64,000 nt of DNA from Acidobacteriota bacterium (GCA_044507065.1 JBIQJY010000004.1:44205-108204); one strand, 5' to 3'. Counted from the first letter of the stretch, positions 18,210 to 28,351 are shown. The notes: a model not told the origin generated them from the sequence alone. Translations and numbers: made by a program.

Positions 18210-18927
18210 ACCCGAAGCCGCCGAGATCGATCTTCTCGTCGAGGAAACCTTCCGAAATTCCGCCTGTCTCGCCCGTCGCCATCTGGTAGCGCCCCTCGAG
18301 GCTGAGGCCGTAGATGTCGCCGCCCAGGGGGAAGCGGATGCCGCCGAGCACGACCGCGCCGGGCGCGAAGCCACTGGCCGAATAGGCTTCCTCGAAGATG
18401 TCCAGTGTTTCGGGATCGACGAACCGGCCCGACTCCGAGTAGCGGTAGTTGAAGAGACCGCCGCCCACACCGACATACGGCTGCACCGACGCCGCGTTGC
18501 CGAACGGCAGGAACCGGACGACGGCCGTGATCGGCGTGACGCGCAGCTTCAGCGTCTGCTCGATCTCGCGGCTCTGAAGGTCTATGAGATCCAGATAGAC
18601 CGTCGGCACGCTGCGCTGATAGAAGGCGACACCCGCACCGACCTCCACGTGATCGCCAAAGGCCGCGTTCCATTCGGCGAAGACGTTGCCGGAACGGAAG
18701 TCCGACATTTCGAACACCAGTGCGTCCGACAGGTCCGGGTAGGCCGGCAGCCACTCGCCGATCGCGTCACGCACCAGCACGTCGCCGCCGACACGGGAGT
18801 CGAACCCGCGTGGCGAGAAGATTCCCGCGCCGAAGTGAAGGGACTGAACGACCTGCGCGGAAGCCGGCGCGGCCGTCGCCAGCGCTGCCGCCAGAGTCAT
18901 CATGATTGCGCCTGAACGTAGGGACAT
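18181..18927 (-). CDS. Small outer-membrane beta-barrel protein
   Basis: Start MSLRSGAIMMTLAAALATAAPASAQ (signal peptide). Ends ...GFNVGFLVRF (terminal Phe). Its 3' end overlaps the convergent GT-C gene by 29 nt. Confidence 0.7.
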   Translation of the reverse strand: MSLRSGAIMMTLAAALATAAPASAQVVQSLHFGAGIFSPRGFDSRVGGDVLVRDAIGEWLPAYPDLSDALVFEMSDFRSGNVFAEWNAAFGDHVEVGAGVAFYQRSVPTVYLDLIDLQSREIEQTLKLRVTPITAVVRFLPFGNAASVQPYVGVGGGLFNYRYSESGRFVDPETLDIFEEAYSASGFAPGAVVLGGIRFPLGGDIYGLSLEGRYQMATGETGGISEGFLDEKIDLGGFGFNVGFLVRF

Positions 18928-19062
18928 GGGGCCTCTCTTTGAAATACCGCGGTGTGGCCGCGTCCTTGCTGCCCTCTTCCGAGCACGAACGGTGCCAATG
19001 ACCGTTGTCTGCAGCCCGCAATGGTTCATCGGCGCGGGGAGGGGGCCTGTCCTCGGGCGAGT

Positions 19063-19866
19063 TCACGGCGTCGCCTTCCGGCGTGTATCGCGGATCACGG
19101 CCAGCATCTCCTGGTGGATGCCGGGGACGGCGGCAACCAGATGGCCGGCAAACGGATCGAACAGGCTGCCGTCCATGCCGCTGACCGCCGCTCCGGCTTC
19201 CTCGGCAATCAATGCGCCGGCGGCGATGTCCCACGGCTGAATCTTCTCTTCCCAGTATCCGTCGAGTCGGCCACAGGCGACGTAACACAGGTCGAGAGAG
19301 GCCGATCCCAGGCGCCGGACGGCCCGGGCCTCTTCCAGGAAGGCGCCGAAGACCTGCAGGTGTCGCTGGCGCTCTTCGCGCACGGTGTACGGGAATCCCG
19401 TGCACAGCAGCGCATCTTCCACCGAAGCGCACGTCGCGACGCCGATGGGACGGCCGTTCAGCCGCGCACCACCGCCGCGCTCGGCGACGAACAACTCGTT
19501 GGCGACCGAATCGAACACGACGCCGAGTTCCACCCGTCCGTCGACCTCGAGCGCGATCGACACGGAGAAGAATGCGAGCCCGTGCGCGAAGTTCGTTGTG
19601 CCGTCGACCGGATCGATAATCCAGCGCAACGCCGCGCCGCCAGGGCCGCTGGCCGCATCCTCTTCACCCAGCACGTCGTGGTCGGGGAACCGGGCCCCGA
19701 CGAGGTCACGGAATGCACGCTCGACGGTCAGGTCCGCTTCGGTGACCAGGTCGATACGGCCCTTCTTGGTGATGGCCGGCGCCTGGCGGAAATACCGGGC
19801 GTGGATGCGCCCGGCCGCAAGCGCAGCCTCGATGGCGGTGGCGACGATCAGCGGGTCGAGCGGCAA
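19063..19866 (-). CDS. Inositol monophosphatase family protein (SuhB/CysQ-like)
   Basis: Motifs EEDAASG, WIIDPVDGTTNFAHG and WDIAAGALI. Confidence 0.85.
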   Translation of the reverse strand: MPLDPLIVATAIEAALAAGRIHARYFRQAPAITKKGRIDLVTEADLTVERAFRDLVGARFPDHDVLGEEDAASGPGGAALRWIIDPVDGTTNFAHGLAFFSVSIALEVDGRVELGVVFDSVANELFVAERGGGARLNGRPIGVATCASVEDALLCTGFPYTVREERQRHLQVFGAFLEEARAVRRLGSASLDLCYVACGRLDGYWEEKIQPWDIAAGALIAEEAGAAVSGMDGSLFDPFAGHLVAAVPGIHQEMLAVIRDTRRKATP

Positions 19867-20304
19867 TCAGGACGCCAGCTTCTTGGACATGCGGATCGAC
19901 ATGCCGCCGCCCGGCCTGCGGGTCATCGACACGTCGTCCATGAAGCTGCGCATGAAGAAGATGCCGCGGCCGCTCGACTTCAGCACGTTGGCGGGATCGA
20001 GCGGATCGGCAATGCTGTCCGGATCGAATCCCTCCCCCTCGTCCTGCACCTCGACGGTAAACTGCTCGGGATTGACCCGCGGGGCGAGGGTCAGTTCGAC
20101 GGTGACGTGCTTGGAGGCGTCCTCGTGATTGCCGTGCTTGATGGCATTGATGACCGATTCGCGGACGGCCACGCTGACCCAATGGGCGGCATCCTCGTCC
20201 AGGCCGGCAAGGGCCGAAAGGCGGTCGCTGACGATCTGGACCAGGTCGAGCAACTCGAAGGAGCTGGGCAGATTCAGACGAATTCGGTGTCCGTCGAAAA
20301 CCAT
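19867..20304 (-). CDS. RsbW/SpoIIAB-like anti-sigma regulatory Ser/Thr kinase (HATPase_c_2)
   Basis: 145 aa. N-box ESVINAIKHGN, G-boxes DEGEGFD and GRGIFFM. The stop abuts the IMPase start codon. Confidence 0.75.
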   Translation of the reverse strand: MVFDGHRIRLNLPSSFELLDLVQIVSDRLSALAGLDEDAAHWVSVAVRESVINAIKHGNHEDASKHVTVELTLAPRVNPEQFTVEVQDEGEGFDPDSIADPLDPANVLKSSGRGIFFMRSFMDDVSMTRRPGGGMSIRMSKKLAS

Positions 20305-20517
20305 GCGCGCGGAGTAAGTAACATATATGGCTGATGCGGTTCAAGGACGCGGCCCGCACCGGTCGCGAATGGCACACGTGAACAGACAGACACATCATCG
20401 GCCCTTCGGACGCCCGAGCACGGCTGTAGGGGCCGTTCCGGGGCGGCAACGGCCACCTGCCCGGGGCCTTGGGACGTCCGGACAACCCGGCGCCCGGCCG
20501 GCCGCAGGGCGGGCCGC

Positions 20518-21054
20518 ATGACCACCGACAAGATCTATCTCGTCGGCTTCATGGCCGCCGGGAAGTCCACCGTCGGGCGTCGACTCGCCGGCCGGCTCGG
20601 ATGGCGTGCCGAGGACATCGACGACCTGATCGAACAGCGCGAGCGGCTGACGGTGGCCGATATCTTCGCCCGCCACGGCGAACCCTACTTCCGGCGGATC
20701 GAGCGCGAGATGCTCCGGCTCATCCAGCCGATGCGTCACGTCGTGGTGGCCACCGGCGGCGGCACGTTCGTCGATCCGGAGAACCGGGCGCTCATCAACC
20801 TCGACGGCGTGTCGGTCTGGCTCGACCTGCCGTTTTCCGAAGTGCTCGCGCGGATGCCCGTCGACGGCCGCCGCCCCCTGGCCGCCGACCGCACCACGTT
20901 CGAGCGGCTCTACCTGGCACGCGCCGAGGCCTACGGGCACGCACACCTCCGTGTGGACGTCTCGGGCCTCTCGCAGACCGATGTGGCCGACCGCATCATC
21001 GACATCCTCGCGACGCTGCCTTCCACCCTCGAACCGCCCGCGCATCCAACGTGA
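20518..21054 (+). CDS. aroK: Shikimate kinase
   Basis: Walker A in IYLVGFMAAGKSTVGRRLA, then the shikimate-binding segment VVATGGG. Confidence 0.9.
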   Translation: MTTDKIYLVGFMAAGKSTVGRRLAGRLGWRAEDIDDLIEQRERLTVADIFARHGEPYFRRIEREMLRLIQPMRHVVVATGGGTFVDPENRALINLDGVSVWLDLPFSEVLARMPVDGRRPLAADRTTFERLYLARAEAYGHAHLRVDVSGLSQTDVADRIIDILATLPSTLEPPAHPT

Positions 21055-21788
21055 GATACCTCGTCATCAGCGACGTGCACGCCAATCTGCACGCTCTCGA
21101 CGCCGTCCTGGCCGATGCGGCCGATCTGGGCCACGATGCGACGCTGTGCCTCGGTGACCTGGTGGGGTATGGCGGCAGCCCGGGGGCCGTCATCGAGCGG
21201 ATAACCGCGCTCAAGCCGGTCGGCCTCATTCGCGGCAATCACGACAAGGTGTGCGCGGGCCTCGAGCCGGCGACGCTCTTCAACGATGTCGCGCGCCAGG
21301 CCGTCGAGTGGACGCGACGCACCCTCACACCGGCGCAGATGGCCGTCATCGCCGGCCTGCCCCGCGGTCCGCTCCGCATCGGCGAGGACGTCGAGATCTG
21401 CCACGGCGCGCCGTTCAATGAGGACCACTACGTCTTCGATCGGGCCGATGCCGGCCGCGCGATGAACGCGGCCACGGCCCGCGTGTGCCTGTACGGCCAC
21501 ACGCATCTGCCGGCCGTGTTCTCCACGCCAAGTCATCCGGTGGCACGCACCGAAGGCGGGTTCGACGACGAGTTGACGCTGCCGAAGGAAGGGCCGGTCC
21601 TGGTCAATGTCGGGTCGGTCGGGCAGCCTCGTGATGGCGATCCCCGGGCGGCCTACGGACTGCTCGACATGAAGCGCCGGCGCCTGCGCCTGCGGCGGGT
21701 GGGCTACGACATTGCCGGCGCCCAGGCCGCGATCCTCTCGGCCGGGCTGCCACGATGGCTCGCCGACCGCCTCGCGATTGGGGAATGA
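21051..21788 (+). CDS. Metallophosphoesterase (YfcE/MJ0936-like)
   Basis: GTG start overlaps the aroK stop (GTGA at 21051..21054). Motifs ISDVHAN, GDLVGYG, GNHD and GHTH. Confidence 0.8.
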   Translation: MRYLVISDVHANLHALDAVLADAADLGHDATLCLGDLVGYGGSPGAVIERITALKPVGLIRGNHDKVCAGLEPATLFNDVARQAVEWTRRTLTPAQMAVIAGLPRGPLRIGEDVEICHGAPFNEDHYVFDRADAGRAMNAATARVCLYGHTHLPAVFSTPSHPVARTEGGFDDELTLPKEGPVLVNVGSVGQPRDGDPRAAYGLLDMKRRRLRLRRVGYDIAGAQAAILSAGLPRWLADRLAIGE

Positions 21789-21798
21789 GCGGTGCGCG

Positions 21799-21984
21799 TC
21801 AGGTCGGCGGCTGGCTCGACTGGCGGGCCCGCTCTCGTTCGGCGCGGGCCTCGCGCCGCTTCTGCTCCGCCGCGAACGCGTCACGCGCGGCACGTGAACC
21901 GAGTACCCAGCCAATCACCATCCCGATCAGCAGCACGGTCGGGATGAAGAGAAAGTGGCTCGAGGGCATCTCGGCGAAGTTCAT
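21799..21984 (-). CDS. Small single-TM protein with basic C-terminal tail; last gene of the ccm operon
   Basis: 61-aa reading MNFAEMPSSHFLFIPTVLLIGMVIGWVLGSR... The ATG overlaps the ccmD-like stop (ATGA at 21981..21984). Confidence 0.4.
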   Translation of the reverse strand: MNFAEMPSSHFLFIPTVLLIGMVIGWVLGSRAARDAFAAEQKRREARAERERARQSSQPPT

Positions 21985-22262
21985 CTGCCGTCCTGCTCCA
22001 GTCGACTGGTCACCTTGTGCAGGTCGGCATCCACCTGCCGCACGCGACGCCACAGCGTGAACAGATAGACGCCGAACACGACCCACACGATGGCGTAGGC
22101 GGCGAAGACCAGCGGCGCGGCGGGGAGTTCTTCCGGGAGATCGCCGGGGCCGAGCGGCAGGAACTCGTCCGGGGCCTCGCGTGGCTGCGCGGCGAGCACG
22201 CCGGGCAGCAGCGCGGCCATCAGCACCAGGGTCAGCATCACGTGCCCGGCACGCTTCACCAC
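21981..22262 (-). CDS. ccmD: CcmD-like small membrane protein
   Basis: 93 aa. TM plus basic segment LVFAAYAIVWVVFGVYLFTLWRRVRQVDADL, as in CcmD-family proteins. Lies immediately after ccmC. The N-terminal extension has a signal-like helix. Confidence 0.6.
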   Translation of the reverse strand: MVKRAGHVMLTLVLMAALLPGVLAAQPREAPDEFLPLGPGDLPEELPAAPLVFAAYAIVWVVFGVYLFTLWRRVRQVDADLHKVTSRLEQDGR

Positions 22263-22263
22263 G

Positions 22264-22929
22264 TCAGTCCTCCACCGCGCGATACGCGCGTTCGAGCAGG
22301 GCCCGGCTGCGTTCGAGCCGGACGCGGGCCATCATCAAGGCCAGGAACAGCACCGTGAACGCCACCCAGCAGTAGTAGAGCGGAATCCCCATCGACGTCG
22401 GCAGTGAGGGCACGACCGTCGTGCTGGGATGGAGCGTGCGCCACATGTTCACCGACCAGTAGATGAACGGCACCAGCACCATGCCGAAGAACCCGACGGC
22501 CGCGGCGAGCGCCTCGCTGCCCGCGCCTCCGAACCGCCGCAGCAGGAGGTAGGCGTTGAACACCATCCACATCAGGAACGTGCTGGTGATGCGCTGGTCC
22601 CACACCCACCAGACGCCCCAGGACTTGCGCGCCCAGAGCGGTCCCGTGATGAGCGTGAGCAGGCCGAAGACGACCGCCATCTCGGCCGCGGCCACGGCCA
22701 CACGGTCGGCGCCGTCGTTGCGGCGGAACAGGTAGATGGCGCTCGCCGTGCCGCACGTCAGCGCGGCAATCATCATCGTCATCGCCACCGGGAAGTGGTA
22801 GTAGAAGATCCGCTGGACGAGCCCCATGGTGGCTTCATGCGGCGCGGTATCGATGACGTAGGGCGAGGCCGCCAGCATCACCGTGGCGATGCCGATCAGG
22901 ACGGGGGTGAGCCGATCACTCGTGTTCAT
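22264..22929 (-). CDS. ccmC: Heme exporter protein C
   Basis: W-rich heme-handling motif WGVWWVWDQRITS, flanking His residues (FYYHFP), six TM helices. Start at MNTSDRL (22929). Confidence 0.9.
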   Translation of the reverse strand: MNTSDRLTPVLIGIATVMLAASPYVIDTAPHEATMGLVQRIFYYHFPVAMTMMIAALTCGTASAIYLFRRNDGADRVAVAAAEMAVVFGLLTLITGPLWARKSWGVWWVWDQRITSTFLMWMVFNAYLLLRRFGGAGSEALAAAVGFFGMVLVPFIYWSVNMWRTLHPSTTVVPSLPTSMGIPLYYCWVAFTVLFLALMMARVRLERSRALLERAYRAVED

Positions 22930-22936
22930 GGCGCGT

Positions 22937-23616
22937 CTACTCACGCATGACGGGACCGAACGTCCAGAGCGCCAGCGTGATGAATACCGCGTCAAAGAAT
23001 ATCAGCATCGCCAGCCAGTTTCGGGCGAGGTCCAGATCCGGCTCCGGTCCGAGGATCCAGAGCGTGCCCTGCATGCCCGCAAGAATGGCCGGCATGGTGA
23101 TGGGATAGAGCACCACGGGCAGCAGCAGGTCGCGCGACGCCGCGCGCACGAGCATCGCGGCGAAGAGCGTGCCGACGGCGGCAAAGCCGATGGTCCCGAG
23201 GGCCAGCAGCCCGACGAGCAGTGCGGGCGCCCGCAGGATTGGCGCGCCGAACAGCAGCCCCACGAGCGGAAGGATCATCGCCTGCACACCCGCCAGCAGG
23301 ATCAGCTGGCTCAACAGCTTGCCCAGGTAGATCGACGGCCGCTCGATTGGTGTCAACAGCAGCGCGCGAAGGGTGTCGCCCTGGCGTTCGCGCTCGAACG
23401 TGCGCCCCAGCGCGAGCGTGCCGGCGAACACGACGGTAATCCAGATGATGCCGGCCGGCGCGTTGTCGACCGTGCTCCTGCCACGAACGAAGGCGAACGC
23501 GAATATGAGCAGGCAGGCCAGCGAGAAGAACAGCAGGGTCAGGACCAGTTCGCGGCTGCGCGCCTCGACGGTGAGGTCCTTCCGCGCAATGCGCCAGGCG
23601 TCGCGCAGGACGGCCA

Positions 23617-23617
<1 letters not shown>
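22937..23617 (-). CDS. ccmB: Heme exporter protein B
   Basis: Start MAVLRDAWRIARKDLTVEARSRE. Polytopic. Position between ccmA and ccmC. The ATG overlaps the ccmA stop by 1 nt (TGATG). Confidence 0.85.
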
Positions 23618-24347
<730 letters not shown>

Positions 24348-24351
<4 letters not shown>

Positions 24352-25358
24352 GCGGGCCGGCGGCGCGACGCCGGGCCGAACGCCCCCCACAGGCCGATGG
24401 CGCTGATGGCCCCCGCCAGGCCGAGCGCGATGTTGCGCGGCAGCGTGGACCGATGCGGCAGGCCGGTGATGTCCACCGACAGGGCCTGCCCGGGCTCGAG
24501 TGCCGGCGTCATGCCCATCACGATCTGCTGGCCCTGCTGGACGCCCGACTGCTTGTCGTTCAACTGCGACGAGACGATGTCCATGTCGCCGGTCTTGAGC
24601 GCGAACAACGCGAACGGCTGTGCCGGAGCCGGCCACTCCTGCTCGAGGCGCGCGGTGTCACCGGTGAACGGCAGCGTGTAGGCGAGGTTCACGTCGGTCC
24701 GTCCGGGCGCAAACGGGCCCAGCACCGTGACGCGCGCGCCCGATACCGTCGCCTGCGGCGTCATGCCCTGCATGGCCGTTGCGCTGCGCGCCTCGCGCGG
24801 GAGTTCGAATACGAGCGGGCCGCCAAGGTCCACTGGCGCGGCCGACGGGTTGACCACGTGGATGACGTAGTAGACGTTCAGCAGCTCATTCGAATAGTCG
24901 ATGACGATCCGCGATCCCGAGTCGATCACCACTGAGCCGGGCACAGGCGCCGCCGGCGCCGCCGACGCGTCATCGCCGCCCGCGGCCACCAGCACGAACC
25001 GGATGCCGCTGCCGCCGATGGTGATCTCCTGCGACTCGAGCCGTTCGGTGCCCACCGTGGCGGCGGCCTGGACGCGGGCGCCCTGGGGGAGGTCGGCAAT
25101 CTGGGCGCGACCGCCCGCGTCCGTTGTGACCGACCGCTGCTGTCCGTCCACGGTGAACACGACGGTCTCGCCCGCAAGGTTGTTGGCGAAACTGCCCCGC
25201 ACGACGCGCACCGACACCGTCCCTGCCGGAAGGTCCGCCGCCGGAAGTGGCACTCCGGCCGCCTGCCGCAAGTCCATGCCCTGCGCGAATGCCGTCGCCG
25301 CGCCGAGCGCGCAGCCAAGCAGCGTGAACAGTACAACCAGAAGGCGCGCCCTATGCAT
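24348..25358 (-). CDS. Exported, C-terminally membrane-anchored protein with CarboxypepD_reg-like beta-sandwich; function unknown
   Basis: Signal peptide or possible lipobox MHRARLLVVLFTLLGCALGAATAFAQG. VSVRVVRGSF...VVFTVDGQ...TDAGGRAQIADLP. C-terminal TM NIALGLAGAISAIGLWGAF followed by RRRP. Overlaps both neighbouring genes. Confidence 0.6.
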
Positions 25359-25893
25359 GATCGAGCCTCTGGCCGCACGACTTGCAGAATCGTGCATCCG
25401 CATCGTTACGGACCTCGCACGACGGGCAGCGATCATCGACAACCGCAGCCGAGGGCGACTCGTCTATCGAGACGTCGACGTCCGGCCGTTCGAGTTCGGC
25501 CATCAGGCTGACGGCGCGCGCGCGCAGCCGCTGATCAAGCTCGGCAAAGTCAGCGTCGCTGATTTTGCGCATGGCCCGGTCGAATTCAAGCTCCTTGATG
25601 GAGCGCATCACGATCGCCTTTTCGACCTCGAGCGCCTCACGTGCACCGGGCGCCAGGGGACCATGCTCGGGCAGCGCAAGTCCCATGAAACCCAGGACGG
25701 CATAGTGGACGGCAATGCCCACCGCGCCAGCGGCAAGCACGGCGGCGCTCAACAGCAGCAGCGAGGCCGGGTGGGTATCGCGAGCCTGAAGAACGGCCCA
25801 GGTGGCCCCGGCCATCGACAGGAGGAGGTAGAAGTGCCAGGGCTGCAGCCCCGAGTCGCGCGCCAGCTTCTCAGTCGAGATCTCGGAGCTCAT
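25351..25893 (-). CDS. Two-TM membrane protein with coiled-coil and C-terminal zinc ribbon; function unknown
   Basis: TM helices (WHFYLLLSMAGATWAVL; LLLLSAAVLAAGAVGIAVHYAVLGF). C-terminal CPSC-X11-CKSC. Start is either ATG 25893 or 25917, and both overlap the ccmF stop at 25871. Confidence 0.55.
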   Translation of the reverse strand: MSSEISTEKLARDSGLQPWHFYLLLSMAGATWAVLQARDTHPASLLLLSAAVLAAGAVGIAVHYAVLGFMGLALPEHGPLAPGAREALEVEKAIVMRSIKELEFDRAMRKISDADFAELDQRLRARAVSLMAELERPDVDVSIDESPSAAVVDDRCPSCEVRNDADARFCKSCGQRLDHA

Positions 25894-28351
25894 CGTCCAG
25901 CCGTTCCTCGAGGTCATGTCGCGCCGGCGCAGCGACTTCCGATGGCTCGACGTCGTCTGCGTCGCGGCGACGCGACCAGCGCACAGCCAGGCCGCCGATT
26001 ACGACCACACCGAGCAGGCCGGTGGCATACGGCACGGCCCAGGCGAGCCGATTGAAGCCCTGATCGAGCGGCGCGCCGAGCACGTGCTGACCGCCGTGTT
26101 CGCGAATGAAGATCTCGACAATCTCATCACGCGTGTGACCGGCCGCCACGAGTTCCGCGAGCCGCTCGCGCATCGCCGCGGCCGTCGGACAGGTACACTC
26201 CCCCACTCGCTGGCGTCCGCAGCCGCCGCAGGTGCAGACCAGATAGGCGCGCAGTTCCTGTTCGAGCTCGGTCTGCGGCGCGAGGAATGCCGTGTTGGCG
26301 GTCTCCACATGCTGGCCGTGCACGTGCGCGATCCCCGCCGAAGAGATGAGCAGGAACACCAGCGCGGTCGTGACGCTGCCGCGCGGCACACGGCTGGTGG
26401 CCAGCGCCATGGCACGCTCCGGCAGGTAGGCGATGAGCGACCCGACCACCATGATGCCCACGCCAATCCACATCCAGTTGATCAGCGGGTTGATGCGCAG
26501 CTGCATGTCGGCCCGCTGCTCACCGGCGTTGTAGCCCGCGAGCACCATGTAGAGGTCTTCTGCCAGACTCCGCCGCAGCGCGACTTCGGTCGTGGGTTCG
26601 TCCTCGCGGCCCGCGAAATACCAGCGCGCCGGATACATGTGCGCCAGCGTCCGGCCGTCGCGCAGCACCTCGACCTCGGCCGTCACCATCTGCTTCTGGG
26701 CGTCCTGCGTCACGGACAGTGAGATATAGCGAACCGAGTACGGCGCGATCTCGGCGGTCTGTCCCGGCAGCATCGATACCGTCTCGATGCGCTCGAACGA
26801 GCCACCGGCAAAGCCGATGAACACCAGCACGATGCCCAGGTGAACGATGTACCCGCCGTAGCGCCGGCGCGACCGCGCGAACAGCCCCACCATGGCCGTG
26901 AACACGTCGGTGCCCGTGGCGCGGTGTCTGACCGACGCGCCGCGCACGAATTCCTGGACGATCGACGCTGTCACGAAGCCGCACAGGACGAAACACACGC
27001 TGGTCGGCCACACGGGAAACCCGAGCACCAGACACAACGCCAGTACGGCCGCCGCCGTGACTGCCGGCCACAGGAACTGCTGGACCAGGTTCGCCAGCGT
27101 CGACTTGCGCCACGCCATGAGCGGCCCGACGCCGGTGAGAAACAGGAGGATGAGTCCGACCGGCGTCAGCCACGTGTTGAAGAATGGCGCGGCCACCGTG
27201 AGCCGCTCGCCCGTGACCGCCTCGCTCAGTGTCGGGAACATCGTGGCAAACAGCGTGAAGAATGCGGCAAACAGCAGCACCCAGTTGTTGGCGAGGAATG
27301 CCGCTTCGCGCGACGCCCACGAATCGAGGTCATTGCGCGACCGCAGCAGCGGCATCCGCCAGATCACCAGGCCGAAGCTGACGATCAGCGTGAAGATCAT
27401 GAAGATCGTGAACAGCAGCGCAAGCTCGCGGTCCTCGCCGAACGCATGCACCGACTGGACGATGCCGGACCGCGTCATGAACGTCCCGAAGATCGTCAGG
27501 AAGAACGTGAGGATGACGAGCGAGACGTTCCAGATCTTCAGCATCCCGCGCCGCTCCTGCACCATCACCGAATGCAGGAACGCGGTGGCCGTGAACCACG
27601 GCAGCAGGCCGGCGTTCTCGACCGGATCCCAGCCCCAGAACCCGCCCCAGCCGAGTTCCTCGTAGGCCCAGATGGACCCGAGGGCAAGTCCCACCGTCAG
27701 GAACAGCCACGCCGTCATCGTCCAGCGTCGCACCGCCAGCAGCCAACCGTCATCGAGTTGCCCTGAGGCGAGCGCCGCGATGCCGAACGCGAACGGGATG
27801 GTCATGCCGACGAAGCCGAGATACAGCATCGGCGGATGGATGACCATGTAGAAGTTCTGGAGCAGCGGGCTGAGTCCCGTGCCGTCGGTCGGCGATTCGG
27901 TCAGGAAGGTGTTGAACGGGTTGTTGTGCAGCACCATCAGGAACAGAAAGAACATCTGCACGACCGAGATGGTGGCCACGACCCACGGAATCAGTTCGCG
28001 GCTGCGCTGCCGATTGATATAGACGGCCGTGCTGCCGAACGCGGCCAGCAGCGTCACCCAGAACATGACCGAGCCGTCGAGGCCGCCCCAGTACGACGCG
28101 AGCTTGTAGAACAGCGGCTGGGCCGTGTTCGAGTACCGCTGCACGTACTGGATGCTGAAGTCGCCCGTGACGAACGCGTGGACGATGATGGCGGAGGCCA
28201 CCAGCATGATGGCCGTCACGAGGTGGAACAGGCCGATGCCGCCGGCAATCAGGGACGAATGGCGTCGGCGCGCTCCCACCAGCGAGGCAGCGAACGCCCC
28301 GCTCGATACGACGAACGCCGCCAGCAGGAGGAACGAGCCGAGGGAGGCCAC
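25871..28351 (-). CDS. ccmF: Cytochrome c heme lyase subunit CcmF fused to a CcmH/NrfF-like C-terminal domain
   Basis: 826 aa. The CcmF body has the WGGFWGWDPVENA W-rich motif. The C-terminal roughly 125 aa (LVCTCGGCGRQRVGECTCPTAAAMRERL...DEIVEIFIREHGGQHVLGAPL plus a TM helix) resembles CcmH-family proteins. Confidence 0.9.
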   Translation of the reverse strand: MASLGSFLLLAAFVVSSGAFAASLVGARRRHSSLIAGGIGLFHLVTAIMLVASAIIVHAFVTGDFSIQYVQRYSNTAQPLFYKLASYWGGLDGSVMFWVTLLAAFGSTAVYINRQRSRELIPWVVATISVVQMFFLFLMVLHNNPFNTFLTESPTDGTGLSPLLQNFYMVIHPPMLYLGFVGMTIPFAFGIAALASGQLDDGWLLAVRRWTMTAWLFLTVGLALGSIWAYEELGWGGFWGWDPVENAGLLPWFTATAFLHSVMVQERRGMLKIWNVSLVILTFFLTIFGTFMTRSGIVQSVHAFGEDRELALLFTIFMIFTLIVSFGLVIWRMPLLRSRNDLDSWASREAAFLANNWVLLFAAFFTLFATMFPTLSEAVTGERLTVAAPFFNTWLTPVGLILLFLTGVGPLMAWRKSTLANLVQQFLWPAVTAAAVLALCLVLGFPVWPTSVCFVLCGFVTASIVQEFVRGASVRHRATGTDVFTAMVGLFARSRRRYGGYIVHLGIVLVFIGFAGGSFERIETVSMLPGQTAEIAPYSVRYISLSVTQDAQKQMVTAEVEVLRDGRTLAHMYPARWYFAGREDEPTTEVALRRSLAEDLYMVLAGYNAGEQRADMQLRINPLINWMWIGVGIMVVGSLIAYLPERAMALATSRVPRGSVTTALVFLLISSAGIAHVHGQHVETANTAFLAPQTELEQELRAYLVCTCGGCGRQRVGECTCPTAAAMRERLAELVAAGHTRDEIVEIFIREHGGQHVLGAPLDQGFNRLAWAVPYATGLLGVVVIGGLAVRWSRRRDADDVEPSEVAAPARHDLEERLDDELRDLD

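Noticed and set aside
20327-20521. 64-aa ORF in the 213-nt gap upstream of aroK, with GGAG 12 nt upstream and a stop overlapping the aroK start (ATGA). It looked like a possible leader peptide.
   Set aside because: GC3 is visibly lower than in neighbouring genes, the product is Arg/Pro/Gly-rich with no features, and the RBS spacing is long. This is more likely a GC-rich structured 5' region or divergent promoter zone. It could be revisited with ribosome profiling.
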